This document shows, in pieces, positions 24,383-38,025 of a DNA stretch of 64,000 nucleotides. Under the pieces are notes generated by a model that saw nothing but the letters and a program-made list of their open reading frames with translations, was not told where the DNA came from and did not search any database. Positions within the stretch are counted from its first letter, which is position 1. The number at the start of each line of letters is the position of its first letter. Both the position numbers and the translations under genes were made by a program. This DNA is from Monocercomonoides exilis PA203 (lineage: Eukaryota > Protista > Preaxostyla): NCBI GenBank assembly GCA_001643675.2, contig LSRY02000010.1, positions 62,001 to 126,000 on the forward strand. Direction: 5' to 3'.

Positions 24383-26791
24383 ATGCAAAGCATAAACGGG
24401 TATCAAAACTGCACATCTTCGGAACATCAATTTCAACAAGAAATGGAAATTATAAAACGAATGTTTTCCGGAATTGACGAAGATTTCGCGATGGAAGTCC
24501 TTCTTAAACATAAAGGGAAACCTAACTTTCTAGATGATTCATTGGATGAATTGATAGCAATGAATGGAGATTATCCGAGACGCACTGAAATACAAGAAAT
24601 ACATGATAAAGCTTTTTACATGGACATACATCGTGAGATATCTCCTTCATACAAAAAATTAGCATTTAGCTATATTACGAATTCATTTCCGTTTTACGGA
24701 CCCCAACTACACATCAAGCTACTTCAAGGATTTTTGTATCATCTATATCCATCATGGAAGTGTATGTTTGCTTTACAGACACAGCACGAAATGTTTCTTT
24801 TAGACAATCAACCACCATTTTCCGATGAACCTCCAATTTCCTTGTCGTCATTTGAACAACCAAAAAATTCGCCAATTAACCTGAAAGATCTTGTTGATTA
24901 TTACTTGCCGATACCTCTCAATTCGATGGAACTTTCAGAGAAAGACGAACAATTTGAAGAAGAGCTTCTTTTTGTTCTCAAAGAAGAAAAGCGAAAGCTC
25001 GTTTCAAAGGAACGAAAGTTATCGATTATTCGCGAGAAAAAAGCAATTTTGTCTGGTGATAATAACTCATATTTATGGGAATGCCCCTGTTGCTACAGCG
25101 AAGTTGTCGCAAGTGAAGAAGTACAGTGCAGAGCAGGACATTCAGTCTGCCGAAACTGTATAAAGGAAATGATAAAAAAATGCGTAACAGAATCATCTCC
25201 TTACTTTAAATGCATGTCAAATACTGAATGTGAAGAAGATTACACCGAAAACTCAATAAGAATTGCATTGAACGATGGGAAGCTATTCCACAAATGGTCC
25301 GATCTCATGATGTTCTACAACATTCGCATGTCAAAATTGCCAACTATAAACTGTCCATTCTGCATTTATTCTGAATATTTGATTACTCAACATCAACTTC
25401 GGCTTCACATCAGCCAGCGAAAGGCAAATGCATCAGACAAAAATGACATTAGCCCCAGAATAGAAGAATACGATGACTTGGATGACGATCTTATAACTTC
25501 ATCTGATGAATCTGAACAAGAAACAGATGATGATGACGATGAAGAAGAAGATGATGATGATGACGAATACAACGATGGATATCCAAATGACGACTCTAAT
25601 CCTCAACAAGCATCATCATCATCATCTTCTTCTTCTTCTTCTGCATATGTTTCTTCCACATCTCCTTTCCATCCATCTGCTTCTCCAAACTCCTCCTTTG
25701 TCCTCGTCAACCAGCCATCAACACACCCTTCTGAAGCTTCAACAGCTCAGCCCAGAATGAGCGGAGCAGAAATTGTGGCTCAGCGTGTCTCTTCGTTCTT
25801 CATCGATCTGTTTCATCTGGTCATCGGTGCAGACAAACCTCAGCCAGCCCAGTCGCATTTTATTGCCCCGCCACAGCACACTCCTCCACATCCGCCGAAT
25901 CAGCTTCTTTATCCTTCTCCTCCTCAACAACATCAGCAGCATCAACAATTGCAGCAGCAACAACAACAACAATATCATCATCAACAGCAGAATTCACAGC
26001 ACTCGGCTCAGCCACCGCTTCACACAACAGACACTTCAGAAGAAAAATTTATGGAAATTCCTCCATCGACATCGTCTTCATCTTCATCTTCATCTTCATC
26101 TTCATCTTCATCTTCTTCATCCACTTCTTCCCTTTCTTCGACTCCGCTGACTTCTCTTTCTTCGTCTCAGCTGTATATTTCCAAGCTCAAGCCCAGAATG
26201 CCCAATTATCCTCCTCCGCCGCCACCGCCTTCAAAGATGCACCAACATGGAAGACACACCTCAACATCGCCAGAAGCTTCTTATACGTCTCATTCTCCTT
26301 CTTCTTCCTTATCTTCAGCATCTTCTATATCTTCCTCATCAGAATTACAAAGCCCGCCTTCTCTTTCTGTTCCTTCGTCTCATAATGTCATTCCAGTTCC
26401 CTCTGAAATTCGATCAATGTTTGTATTTTCTCCTCCTCCCCCACCTCAATCTTCTTCCTCTTCCTCTTCTCCTCCCTCTTCTTTGCCATCTGCTTCAGCT
26501 TCTGTCAGTGCTCAACCACAAAATGCAGATGTTTTGCATCTTTTGAATGAGAATGAGAAAAGAATTGTTTCAAATACATCTTTCGCTAATTCTCTGCTAG
26601 CACAGCAACATCCTCCTCATCCATTCCAAAGCGGTGCCTCAAAAGCGAATGGGAGTTCTTCTTCTGTTTCATTTCACATTGATCCACCGACTCAAACATC
26701 TTCTCACAACACACAACTTGTCTATCCACCTCATCCACATGTTCCTCCTCCACCTCCTCCAACTTCACCTCCACCACTTCCATCATCTTCA

Positions 26792-26822
<31 letters not shown>

Positions 26823-26891
26823 CTTCGTCTTCTTCGTCTTCTTCGTCTTTCTCTTCTCCTTCATCTCTACCTCCTCCTCCTCATTATCTTC

Positions 26892-26925
<34 letters not shown>

Positions 26926-27853
26926 TGCATCTTCTGCTTCATTGTCATCTCACTTTTCTTCTGTTCATATTCTCCCTCCGCCAAACATTTCCATCAAAAC
27001 TCATCCTTTTCAAATATCCACAACAAATTCTCATTCTCATACTCACTCACATCCATCTGCTAACATTCCAAATGAAGCTGATGATTTGCCTTCTTCTTCT
27101 TCTACTCCTTCAACATTCTCATCATCATCATCTTCTTCTTCTTCTTCGTCGTCGTCATCATCCACCTCCTCTTCTTCATCCACAAAACCAGCCATCAAGT
27201 TTACTCTTCCACCTGTGTTTCAGTGCCAAAATCCCGAATGTCGCAAAGCCAGCTGCACGTATTGCTGGAAAGAGGCACACAAAGAAGGAGAAATATGTCC
27301 TGTTCTGCAGAAGAAGAGACAACGGCGAAAGGAAATGAAGGAAATGGCCAGAAAACAGAAGGAGGAGCAGAAACGTGCAAAGAGAGAGAACAAAGAAGAA
27401 GGCAGAGAAGGCGAAGAAGACACATCTGAAACGAAGCAGCAGCAGCAAGAAAAGAGAGAAAAGCGAAAGAAGCTGAGACAAGAGAAAGCCGAGGCGTCTC
27501 TGATGAGGGTGGTGCTTCTGTCGATGAATGAGGCGATGATAAGGCATTGCCCGTCGTGTGGGCTGCCGTGTATCAAAGACGGCGGGTGCAACCACATCAA
27601 GTGCCCCTGCGGCCATCACTACTGCTACTCGTGCAGACAGTCGATGCCCAACCAGAAAAGACCTTATTCGCATTTTGGGCAGCCCCCAACGTTTTGCCGG
27701 CAGCGCGGGGCGTCCAAAGAGGAAGACAGGGCAGCGCTGGTGGCAGCGGCGAAGGAGGCAGAGAAGACGTGGAGGATGAAGCACCCGAAGTACAAAGGGA
27801 AGGGGATCGATGTGGAGGAGCTGGTGAGACAGGTGGAGAGGACGACGAATTGA
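24383..27853 (+). CDS. RBR-type E3 ubiquitin ligase (RNF216/TRIAD3-like)
   Basis: RING1 is ECPCCY..QCRAGHSVCRNC..CMSNTEC. IBR is CPFC...FQCQNPECRKASCTYCWKEAH..C. RING2 is CPSCGLPCIKDGGCNHIKCPCGHHYCYSC, with the catalytic Cys in GCNH. The N-terminal helices look CUE/UBA-like. Confidence 0.88.
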
Positions 27854-28866
27854 GATGGAGGATGATGAGGGGGAGGAGGAAATGGAATTGTTGGCTTTGA
27901 AATAAGATATAAAGAGTTCTTTTTATCCATTATTATGATAGAATTTGATGAATTGCTTTTCTTTTTGTTTTTTTATTCATTATGAATTTTGTTATTTTAA
28001 GCAACTTTTGTTTTTGTTGTTTATTGTGAACAACTTCTTTTTGAGCTTTAATGTTTTTGTTTTGATTTTGTTATAATTTTTTTGAGGATATAGATTTGTT
28101 AATGAACTGCACAAATTTTTGCTTTCAAAAAAAGAAATAAAATATCACCAAAAATACCTGAACATCATTCAAACACTCCTCAATTCTGTTACAAATTTCA
28201 TTATTTTTAGGAATAAAAAAGAAAGATAGAAAATAGAATAAAAGCATATTATTATAAGAAGATAACAAAAAAATTAAATACGACTGGCTTGATTAATCAA
28301 GTGCCACACGAAGAAATGGATGATTATAATAGAATATCAGCAAATCTGTAAAAAAATAACATTATAATGTAGATAGGAAATATCAACAACAGTTGTGTTG
28401 TTGCTGCAAGTGAAGGGCTTAACGCTGTTAGAAACTTAAAGGAATTAAAACAACAAAAGCAGAATAAATTTGACACTTGCTTCAAAATGAACCCGAAGGA
28501 GAAAAGTGAAGAGGTAATTTAAATACCTTGCTAATAAAACATAAGATATCTTATATTCAACAAAATACAATTAAATAAAACAAAGCAAAAATGCAAACAA
28601 ACCAAAAGGCTTCGAAAATAAACATCTAAACCATCCTTCATACCACAAATGCTTTTAAATTGTCAGAAAAGAAAACAAAATGCTGGACAACAAGTGAAAC
28701 AAAGATAAAAGCAAATTGTATATGCAAAAGTGTATGTAAAATGCAAAAACATAAAATAAAATTAGAAAAAAAAAAAAAATAAAAATAAAAACAAGCAAAT
28801 TGAATGTGACTTCACAAGGAGTGAATGCCACATCGATTTCAAATTTATTAATCAGCAAAATCAAAT

Positions 28867-31800
28867 TCAAAATTCTATGTTTGTCTTCAGATTCGCTTCA
28901 TCGCCTTGCAAATAGCTTGTCTCGTTGTTGTCGAGGCTGCCCTCAAGCACATGCTGCACGTGTGCAAAGAGCTGGTCGTCTTGTGTGAAGTGCTTGTCAA
29001 ACAGCCTCACCAGCGCCCTCTTCGACGCCACCCGAACAGCCTCGTTGTGTGAATGGAGCTGGTCATACAGCACACTCAGCCGCTGCCGAATGAGCAGATG
29101 TTCCAGTTTGTGTGCATTCAGCTCTTCAGCTGTGAGCAGCTGCGACTCCTCCATCTCTGCCTCTTCCTCTGCAAACACCTTCTGGCACAGCTGGAGAAGA
29201 GACAGATGAGACTGCGTAACAGACGAGGTGCTTTCTCCGTCTTTGACAGCATCTACCACACTCTGTGCAGCATCCATGATCTTCTGGTGGTTGGCGTCCC
29301 ATCTGATCAGCCCTGTCATCATCGACGGCAGCAGATCCATCTCCTTTTCGTCCTCATCCACCGGCAGCAGCAGCTTCAGTCTGTCTGTGTTGCGATGCAC
29401 TTTCATCACCGACCGCCGCAGCGGCAGGACGAGAAAGAGCAGCGAGCCAAAGGCAATCACACAGCAGACGCTGGTGACGATGGTGAGGATGTCATTTGCG
29501 AGAGAGACCCAATCGGCTGACTGCTGCACAAGATCATCTGTGATCACCTGTGTTCCCTGGAGCAGGTCGTTTGCGAGAGCCGTGTTGATAAAGCGGAAGT
29601 AAGGCGACTCGTTGTCGATGGGCAGCGGATAAGATGTCATCTCTTCTGTCTGCAGATACTTAATGTACAGCCTCATCCGCGCACTCAGTGCAGTTATTCC
29701 GAAGAACTCATAGTAAATTCCTGATATCCTCTCTGAAATTGTCGATGAGGTGCACTTGCTCTTGTCTTCTAGGAGGCAATAATGAGGAGACAGCAGCATG
29801 TCTGCATTGATCTCTGAGGGCAGTCTTTGTGTGGATATTCGATTGAGCGTCTCATCATTCGACTTCGAGTCAGCGCTGTCGCCAAAATGAGCTGCCATCA
29901 GCATTGTCTGGTAATACACTGATGCTTCTTGTGTCAGCTTCTGCAGGAGCTCCCTGTTGTTCGACATGTGCGACATATTCTTCCACATGGGGTTGGTTGA
30001 GCCTTCGAATGTGATGTTCTGGGGGCAGGTGATGCTGGCAGCACCGATGTGGACAAGGCGCATGAAGAAGTAGCGTATGACTGTCAGCACAGTTGGGCGG
30101 AGGGAGGAGACGAGGATGGTGTAGTTGCGCTGGTTGTGCTCCGGAAGGCCGATCAGAAACGCTGCCATCATCGCTGCACTCAGCACGAGGAAGAGGAGGA
30201 TGCTTGTCAGATACCTCACTCTCATCCCAACTGTGAAGGGAGAAGGAAATGCCTTGTACATCGAAGACAGATGGTTGATCTCTTCCTCAAATGCTGCATC
30301 CCATGCATCATCACGGAACACATTCCTCACCAGCCCTGTCCGCTCTTCTTCTTCTTTCTCGTCCTCGTCCATCTGAAGCACTTGCTCCACATAGCCAGAC
30401 ATCGACGGAGAGATGTGTGCCATTGAAGACGCTGCAGACGAAGCAGAAGAAGAGTTCAGAGCAGGAAAGATGGTCATTTGAGAGGCAGAAAAAGCAGGTG
30501 TCTTTGGCTCGCCCAACTGACTGGGGTATTTGATGAGGGTGGAAGCAGAGGGAGTGAGTGGGGCATTTGATGGAGGATTCCTTCCTTTGAGAAGATGGAT
30601 GTGTTTGGAGGACTCGATGTGAGATGTTGACTGGGTGATCTTTTTGTGTGGGGAAGAGCATTGCGATGAAATGGAGGAAGCAGAAGATGTTACAGAAGAA
30701 GAAGAAGAGGAAGAAGAGAAAATGTGTCTTCGTGTGGGTGTTTCAGAAGGAAAGAGATTGGAAGAGATTTGAAGGAATGTGTTGGGTTTCTGCTTCTGAT
30801 GATGTGAAGAAGGCTGATTGATCTGATGTGAATGTGAAGTGGCTGTGGTGTGTGCAGCAGAGCGGGTGTAGTCTGTGGGAATGAGACGAGAAGTGGAAGA
30901 GGAATTGGAGAGAGAAGGAGAGGAGGAAGAGGAGGAAGGGAAAAGAGAAGGAGAAGGAGTGGGGGTGAGCGAAGGAGCAGGAGATACCATAAACGAAGGA
31001 GTAGAAGTGAATTGATTGGACATTGGCGAGTTGTGTCTTGAGCTGTTTGACTGAGTGGCAGCAGAACGTTGAGAAATCTGCTGAGAAGTCTGCTGGTACA
31101 ACAGCTGTGATTGAGCATTGATTGGCGGGGGCTGCGGAGGAGGTGGGGTGTATTGTGGATAGAACATCATTGAAGACATCTGAGGAGTAGATGAGGCGAA
31201 GGGGAAGGTCTGAGGGGGAAGAGGTTGTTGATGATGCTGTTGTTGTTGTTGCTGTTGAGTGAATGAAAGCATCGTTTCCTGAAGACGCAGCTGTTGAAGC
31301 TGGTTTTGTTGCTGCTGCTGTTGCACTTGCAGTTGGAGCTGTTGAATCTGCTGCTGCAGAATGAATGCGAGTGAAGATGCATCATTTGCAGGAAGAGGGG
31401 CAGAAGAAGGTGCAAAGGAAGAAGGCGAACCTGCAGGAGATGAATGGATATGTTCCTCTTTCTTTTCAAAACCCCTTCTTTTTGAAGAAGAAGAAGAAGA
31501 TGCTGATGCTGATGCTGATGCTGATGCTGATTGGGCAGAGCTTGCCTGTGTGCTGACAGAGGAAGCATGAGAAAGAGAGGAAGCATTGACAGGCAAGTCA
31601 TCAATGCCGATGATGTCTTCTTGTTCTCTTTCTGTCTCTTTGCTTCCCATTTCACTGTTGTTCATCGCATGCTGATTGACATTCATCTCTTGCTGCTGCT
31701 GATGATGAGTATGCTGCGAATGATGCGAATGTCTGTTGGATTTGAGGGAGTTGGCTGTGATGGATGTTTTGTGGGTGGAATGAGAGTAAGAAGAAGGTGT

Positions 31801-32113
31801 CGATGGAGGTTCAGTTGTTTGCGAGTGTGTTCCTGTCTGAAATTGCATCTGGTTGTATTCTTCACTTTTGCCCTCTTTTGCTTCTTTGCTTCTCTTTTGC
31901 CTGTTGTGCTCGTTCGATCGCCTTTCTCCTTCCTCATCACCTTCAGAAAACTCTTCTTCTCCTTCTCCTTCTCCTTCTCCTCTTTCTTCGTAATGTACTG
32001 ACTGAATGGAAGCTGAGTCTGTCAGAAGCTGCTTATTCGTTGATTCATTGACAATTCCATTCATCTGGTTTTTGTGTCTCGGTGAAGATCTGTTTGTGAT
32101 TGCATCATCCCTT

Positions 32114-32144
<31 letters not shown>

Positions 32145-32627
32145 TTTGCCCGCTTCCTCTTCTGCTTCCACTTCTGCTATCTTCCACTTCATCATCATCA
32201 TCTTCTTCTTCTTCTTCTTCTCTCGTCTTCTCGCTGTATTCCGATCCAGCATCGCTTTTATCTGCGTTCTGTTCATCTTTCTGATACAATACTTCCCCTT
32301 CAATTTCTTCGCTTCCTTCGTCATCTCTTTCACTCTCTTGCACACTCACTCTATCCAATTCTTCTATCTCTTCCTCTTCTCCTTCTTCTCCTTCCTCTCC
32401 TTCTTCTCTTCCTTCCTCATTCTCATCTTCCATTAAATACTCTTCATTGCCTTGTTGATCTCTCATTGACATCAGGTCATCTCTCACTCCGTCTTCATAC
32501 TCATCTCCATTCTCATCTCCTTCTCCTTCTCCATCTGTTCCTCTGTCCCTTCCTCTCTCCAGATCTGTCATATCGCTGTCACCCATCATCTCATCTCTCT
32601 CCTTCCCTTCTCTCTCATTCTCCCTCT

Positions 32628-32659
<32 letters not shown>

Positions 32660-35600
32660 TTCTCATTCTCCTCCACCATCTCTCCCATGTCCTGTGACGT
32701 GAATGTGTCCATCGTGCCCATCTGCCTCTTCGAGTCCTGCAGTCTGTCTGTCGACGAGTCATCTTCTGCCCCTTTGTCTGTGTGCAGCAGGCGGCGTATC
32801 ACACTCTGCATCTTCATCTTCGGCACCTCCACCAGCTGCACCATCGCTGTGTGCCTCGACTGGGACACGACATACGCCAAGTGCGAGTGGAGGATGATCA
32901 GACTGGCAATACACACAAGTGACAGCACCTCAATCGCAATGATTTCTGTCAGCGCTGCCGTCCTCAGCACCTTCAGCGTCTGGTCCAGCTGCTCAATCAT
33001 TGCTGCCTTCTCAGCATCGATGAGGGGGATGAGTGTGTTCACCATGATGGTCATGAGATGCTCGTGGAACTGGATGATCTCGTTCTGTGGGTTTGGCGTC
33101 TGTCCCAGCAGCCGGATGTTCTGGGTGATGTACACAATGCTTGACAAGAGGGACTTCGGCTGCAGAATCATCTTCGTCACCTCCTTCGTGGTGGAGTTGA
33201 AGGACACCACGTAATACGGCAGAGCTGTGTCTTCCCAGATGCTGGTGCTGATGTAGTTGGAGTAAGTGGACGTGATCAGCTGTGAAGTTGACTCTGCCAG
33301 CTGCTTCATGTTCTTCTGCAGCACCGAAAAGCGGTCGATTGTGAGTGTCTCGTCTTCCATGCGCTCAAATTCATAGTCGAAGCTATGGATCATCATCTGC
33401 AGCGCATCCACTGCATACATCGCTGTCGACGAGGCAATCCTGCCCATGTCGCGCAGCGTCTTCAGCGCACTCACAAAGTTGGCTGTGTCTTTGATGTAGA
33501 TGCACAAAAACACCACCATAAACACAATGTACAGCAGAAACACACACACAAGCAGGATGGTCGAGATCACGTTGTGTGAATGCACAGATATCTTCCCACT
33601 CACCACGATGTCTGAAAACTGTGTTATCCCACTTTTCTTCTTCTTTTTCTTCTTCTTCTTGTTTTGTTCATCCTTCCAGTCTCTTCTCCCTCCCTTTCCT
33701 GAAACATGTGGCTCATTCGCAATGTCCATTTCGATCAGATCAAACTCATCAGCTGTCCCAGCCGACGAGTTGGCACTTGTCATCTTCTCTCCTTTGTCTC
33801 TATCATCCTCTCTCTCTCTATCCCTGTCTCTCTCTCTATCTCTCTCTCTATCTCTCCCCCTCTCCCCCATCCCTCCTTTCCCACTCCTCTCGTTCTCTGA
33901 CCTTGACTCGTCCGACGTCACATTCGGAATGGACAGCGACACCGACTGTGGAAGTGTTGTGATGTCTGTCGAGTTCTCTTCGATGAAGTCAGCGCGCGCA
34001 AATATCAGCTCAGCTGTCTCCTCGTCGTTGTAGATGTCCAAGATGAGCTGCCCATACATCCTCAGCACCTGCACATTCTGCGGGTGTGTTCTGATAAGCT
34101 CCTCAAAATGCATCCTCGACTGCTCCTCACACTCCACAATGCGCGCTAGTTGCGACGCCACAATCGACATGTTCGGGTGCTGCAGCGTCATGTTCTCCCA
34201 GAACTCCCTCAGCGTGTTCTTCGCCTCCTTGTGCATCTCATCCGCCCGCGTCAGAAGAGACTTGAACGACATCGACGTCAGCTCTGACCCTCCCCCCGCT
34301 GCCCCTGCCTCGCTACTGCCTCCGCTTCGTCCTCCTTCCTTCGAGTTGCAGAAGAGCACAAACTTCAGAAAGATCGACGGGTTCCGCAGACGCGCCTGCC
34401 GCAGCACGACGCCTGCTTTGACGGCGTTCTTCACGTAGAAGGCGAGGAAGAGGCCGTAGTCGAAGCACAGCTGCGCATTCTGCCTGTGCCGGTTGAGGGC
34501 GTATTGGTACACATAGTCGGCATAGTTCAGCATTTCTGGCGTGCGAAGAGATCGTTTTTGGAGGAAACGCAGAGACGGCTCAACAAAATGGGCCTTCTTC
34601 ATCTTCGGCAGCTGGGTTTGTGAGGGAAGTGCTGTTGGGACATTGGCTGAGGAAGAAGAGGACGAGGATGAGGATGAGGAAGAAGAAGATGATGATGATG
34701 AAGATGAAATACCTTGTTGTTGCTGTTGCTGCTGCTGTTGTTGTTGTGATTGTTGCGGTTGAGGCGGAAGCGATGATGGCGGCTGTTGCTGCTGATTCTG
34801 ATTTTGATTTTGGTATTGGTGTGGAAGCATCTGCGGATGTGCAGGAGGAACACTCTTTTTCTGAGGCATAGAAGCTTCTTGAGAAGCATACGGAGATGGC
34901 TGACTTGGATGGAAAGCGCCCGAACGAGAAGGGTGTGCGAAGTGCACCAGAAACGAGTTGATGTTCACCAGAGGCTCGTGCTGAGGCGTCAGAAGCCAGA
35001 GCTTCTTGCGCCGCCAGTTGAATACGAGTGACAGGACGATGCTCAGCAGCGCAGCCAGCACTCCTCCACCCACAAATGCATACAGGAGGATGATGTCGTG
35101 TGTTTCTCCGTCCTTTTCAGACAGCGAGGCCTGAATGGCATCTCCAATCTCTTGCACCAGCCTCAACGTACCAAATGAAGTGTAGCGAATTATCATTAGC
35201 ACGTTACTCTGTATTGAATAATATGGCTGATAATAAATGATATATACGATGAGATATATCGACGTACCGACTGTAACAAAGCCCCTCCAAAAGGGCCAAG
35301 CTATGAGCATTCGCATTGCGAATACTAATCCAAATTGCAGAAACGCTTCCTTCTCTGCAAAAGAACAATTTGAAGTTGCAAATAAGCCGCCATTTTTTGG
35401 ATTGTGAGAATAAAGAAGCGAATCATGGATGACGTGAAAGAATAAAAACGTTAGCATTTCAACAATTCCTAGAACGAATGATGTTATTTGTAAAGGATCA
35501 TGATCAAAGCAACGAAGATGGCCAAATCTTGTTATGTAACCATCTCCATATGGGTAGCAATCAAAAGGTGTTATGCAAAACATCAAGCATGGAATAAAAC

Positions 35601-36102
35601 ATATTTGCTGAAAAATCATATCCGAAACTCTCATCATTGTAAGAATCCAAGGTTGAGACTCAGAAATACTTCTATAAAAAAGTGAGCACAATGTCAGCAA
35701 AACAAGAAAAACAATTTCTATTCCCAGCGCTGTGAAAACAAGATGTGAAAATTTATCGTCAACTAGCATCGAAAATGAGTGTCCATCAATAAAACCTAAA
35801 TAATAAGACAAAAAAGTAGTTTCTTGAGTTTTATTATTTACTCGGTAAAACGACATCGCAATCAACTCTAACGTATTGTAAAACCAAAGAAATGATAAAA
35901 ATACGGGCCAACGTCGTTTTTTCTGATTTTTTCATTGTTTTAAATTTATTAAAATATTATATAAAAGAAATAGACTCTTTTCGCGAACCTGAAAGTAAAG
36001 AGGATAGTAGAACGTAAAAATAGCTTCCTCAAATTTTGTAAACGTTCTATCTTTCTTTGATTCAATTGCAGCAGACGCGTCTGTTTCAAAAAAAGCGTTC
36101 AT
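28867..36102 (-). CDS. Large multi-pass membrane protein (TmcB/TmcC-like: N-terminal TM bundle, TPR-like region, further TM pairs) with C-terminal hemerythrin-like domain
   Basis: Exon 1 (36102-35989) plus intron 35988-35923 is in frame with ORF 28867-35865. There are many hydrophobic segments and a TPR-like region (YADYVYQYALNRH..., HPQNVQVLRMYGQLILDIYNDEETA). The C-terminus reads TGLIRWDANH...VFAEEE...AHKLEH...KHFTQDD. Confidence 0.75.
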
Positions 36103-36207
36103 TTAAATGTCATATGTTACAAAAACATTCATAATGGGGAATCACAAATTCTGGATAAAAAATGGTAAGCAACCATACTGTTACAGTTATAATTTTTAAA
36201 GTTGAAA

Positions 36208-37751
36208 ATGCAAGCGGAGAGAGGCATGCTCACTATTTTGAATTCATGTGACATAAGCAGTCTAACATGTCTTTATTTTTATTGTGATGATTTTTTAGTT
36301 ACTCCAAACAAGACTTCAGCAAAATCGAAGTCACTTTCAAACTCTTTTTTGAAGAAAAAAGCAGCTCACACTCCACTTAAAACTCCTGTTAAAAAAGGGG
36401 CAATAGTTCAATCAGAACAAACGAAGCCTCTCCCGGAAATTCCTGAATTACAAAACGAAAATGAAACTATTGCAAAAGATGAAACTACGCCTTTGCAGCC
36501 AGAAGTTTTAACTGAAACCACAACAGAAGTTAGTGCAGAAAATGCATCTTCTGATGTTAGCACAAAAACTCCCATGGATTTGGAATCGAAGTTCGCCATT
36601 TGAAGTTTTTTCGAAAATATATCTTTTATTTAATAATTGAAACTTATTTCTCAAAATATGCAGATTAGAACAAATTAAAAATTCTATGCCTACATTTTTA
36701 GAATCTTTTCGTGCACAAGCAGAAAAGAAAAGGAAAGACGAACATTTACGATTTAAGTGCTTCCAGGAATGTGTTGTTCAACTTTCAAGAAACCTTGAAT
36801 TGGAAAAACAAAAGCGTGAAGCAACTTTAAAACAGCTTAGTGAACGACTTGAAAAATCTTTTGAAACTGTTCTTTCTTCATCCACTGCAGAAGCATTAAA
36901 GCAATATGAGAATGTTACTCAAGTGTTGGATGCTTCAGCATCAAGACTATCAATTATTGGTTTGAACGATTATTATTTTTTTGTAAACGTTGATTTTTTT
37001 TGTTTTTTCAAATCCATCACTTTTCTTTGTTATTTTGTAGAAGGAGATTTAGCAGTGAAAGATGAGAGAATACTTAAGCTAAAGACAGTGTTTGAAAAAT
37101 TGACTGCTTCAGCTTCAGAAACAGCTGTATGAATATTTCATGTCATTATTTTTTGCTGTTAAATATTGAGGCTTTGATTCTTTGATAAAAATTGAAAAAA
37201 TATTCTTTATCTTTGATAATTGTGCATTCTGACAGAATCTTCTTGAGAATTCGCTTCGAACTGCACAAGAGAATGGTACAAAGCTCCTTTCTTGGTTGAC
37301 AGAATCAATGAAACAGATAGAAACAAGAATGGCCTCATTTTTTGCTGAGATGAAAAGAGAGATTCATTCACTTGAAGTTGAAATCAGTGGATTTGATGCA
37401 ATGAGCACAGAAAGCGAAGAATCGATGAAAGGGAAATGGAGCGATAGCGTCGAATCGCTAAAGCAGCAGCTTGATGAAGAGGAGGAAGAAAGAAGAACTC
37501 ATATTGAGAAAATTGTTGAGACAATTGAAATGGTTTGTCAAATTGACTGTTATATTTCATTCTGGGGATGTTAGAGAACGAATGCCATATTTTTGCTTAA
37601 ATTTTTTTTATTTAATTGGTGTTTTGCTTTATATTTTTATTCTTTACACTTTTAATTTATTTGTATGTTTATCATTATGTTTATTAAATTTTTCAAAACA
37701 TAGATTTCACAAAAAATACAAACCGGTTGCCTTCTAACGACTGCTTCATGA
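36208..37751 (+). CDS. SF-assemblin / beta-giardin-like coiled-coil cytoskeletal protein (multi-exon; start uncertain, alternative ATG 36134)
   Basis: A P/K-rich head is followed by coiled coil FLESFRAQAEKKRKDEHLRF..LSRNLELEKQKREATLKQL. The C-terminus reads LKQQLDEEEEERRTHIEKIVETIEM|ISQKIQTGCLL. Intron 36591-36663 and a last exon at 37704-37751 are frame-consistent. Confidence 0.6.
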
Positions 37752-38025
37752 TCAATTTTTATCACTTTGTAAAATTTTTCTTTGAATCGCTTTTTCTTAA
37801 ATTGAGTTTTTTACAATCAATATTTTTATGTCAAATTTTTTTATCCCATTTATCACTTCAATTTTAAGTTTCTTTTCATTCTTTGTGTAAATTATCATGC
37901 ATTCGTGTTTCATCAGTTTGCTAAGGGATAGTGACTTCATCTCGAAAATAGCAAATTTTGATCATTTTCTTAAAAAAAAAGTTAAGAGATGATCTATTGA
38001 CTTGAAGATCAAAGACAGTTCGCGA

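Noticed and set aside
25365-27215. Inteins explaining the intradomain insertions
   Set aside because: No Hint motifs or terminal His-Asn followed by Cys/Ser/Thr were seen; the inserts are simple low-complexity sequence.
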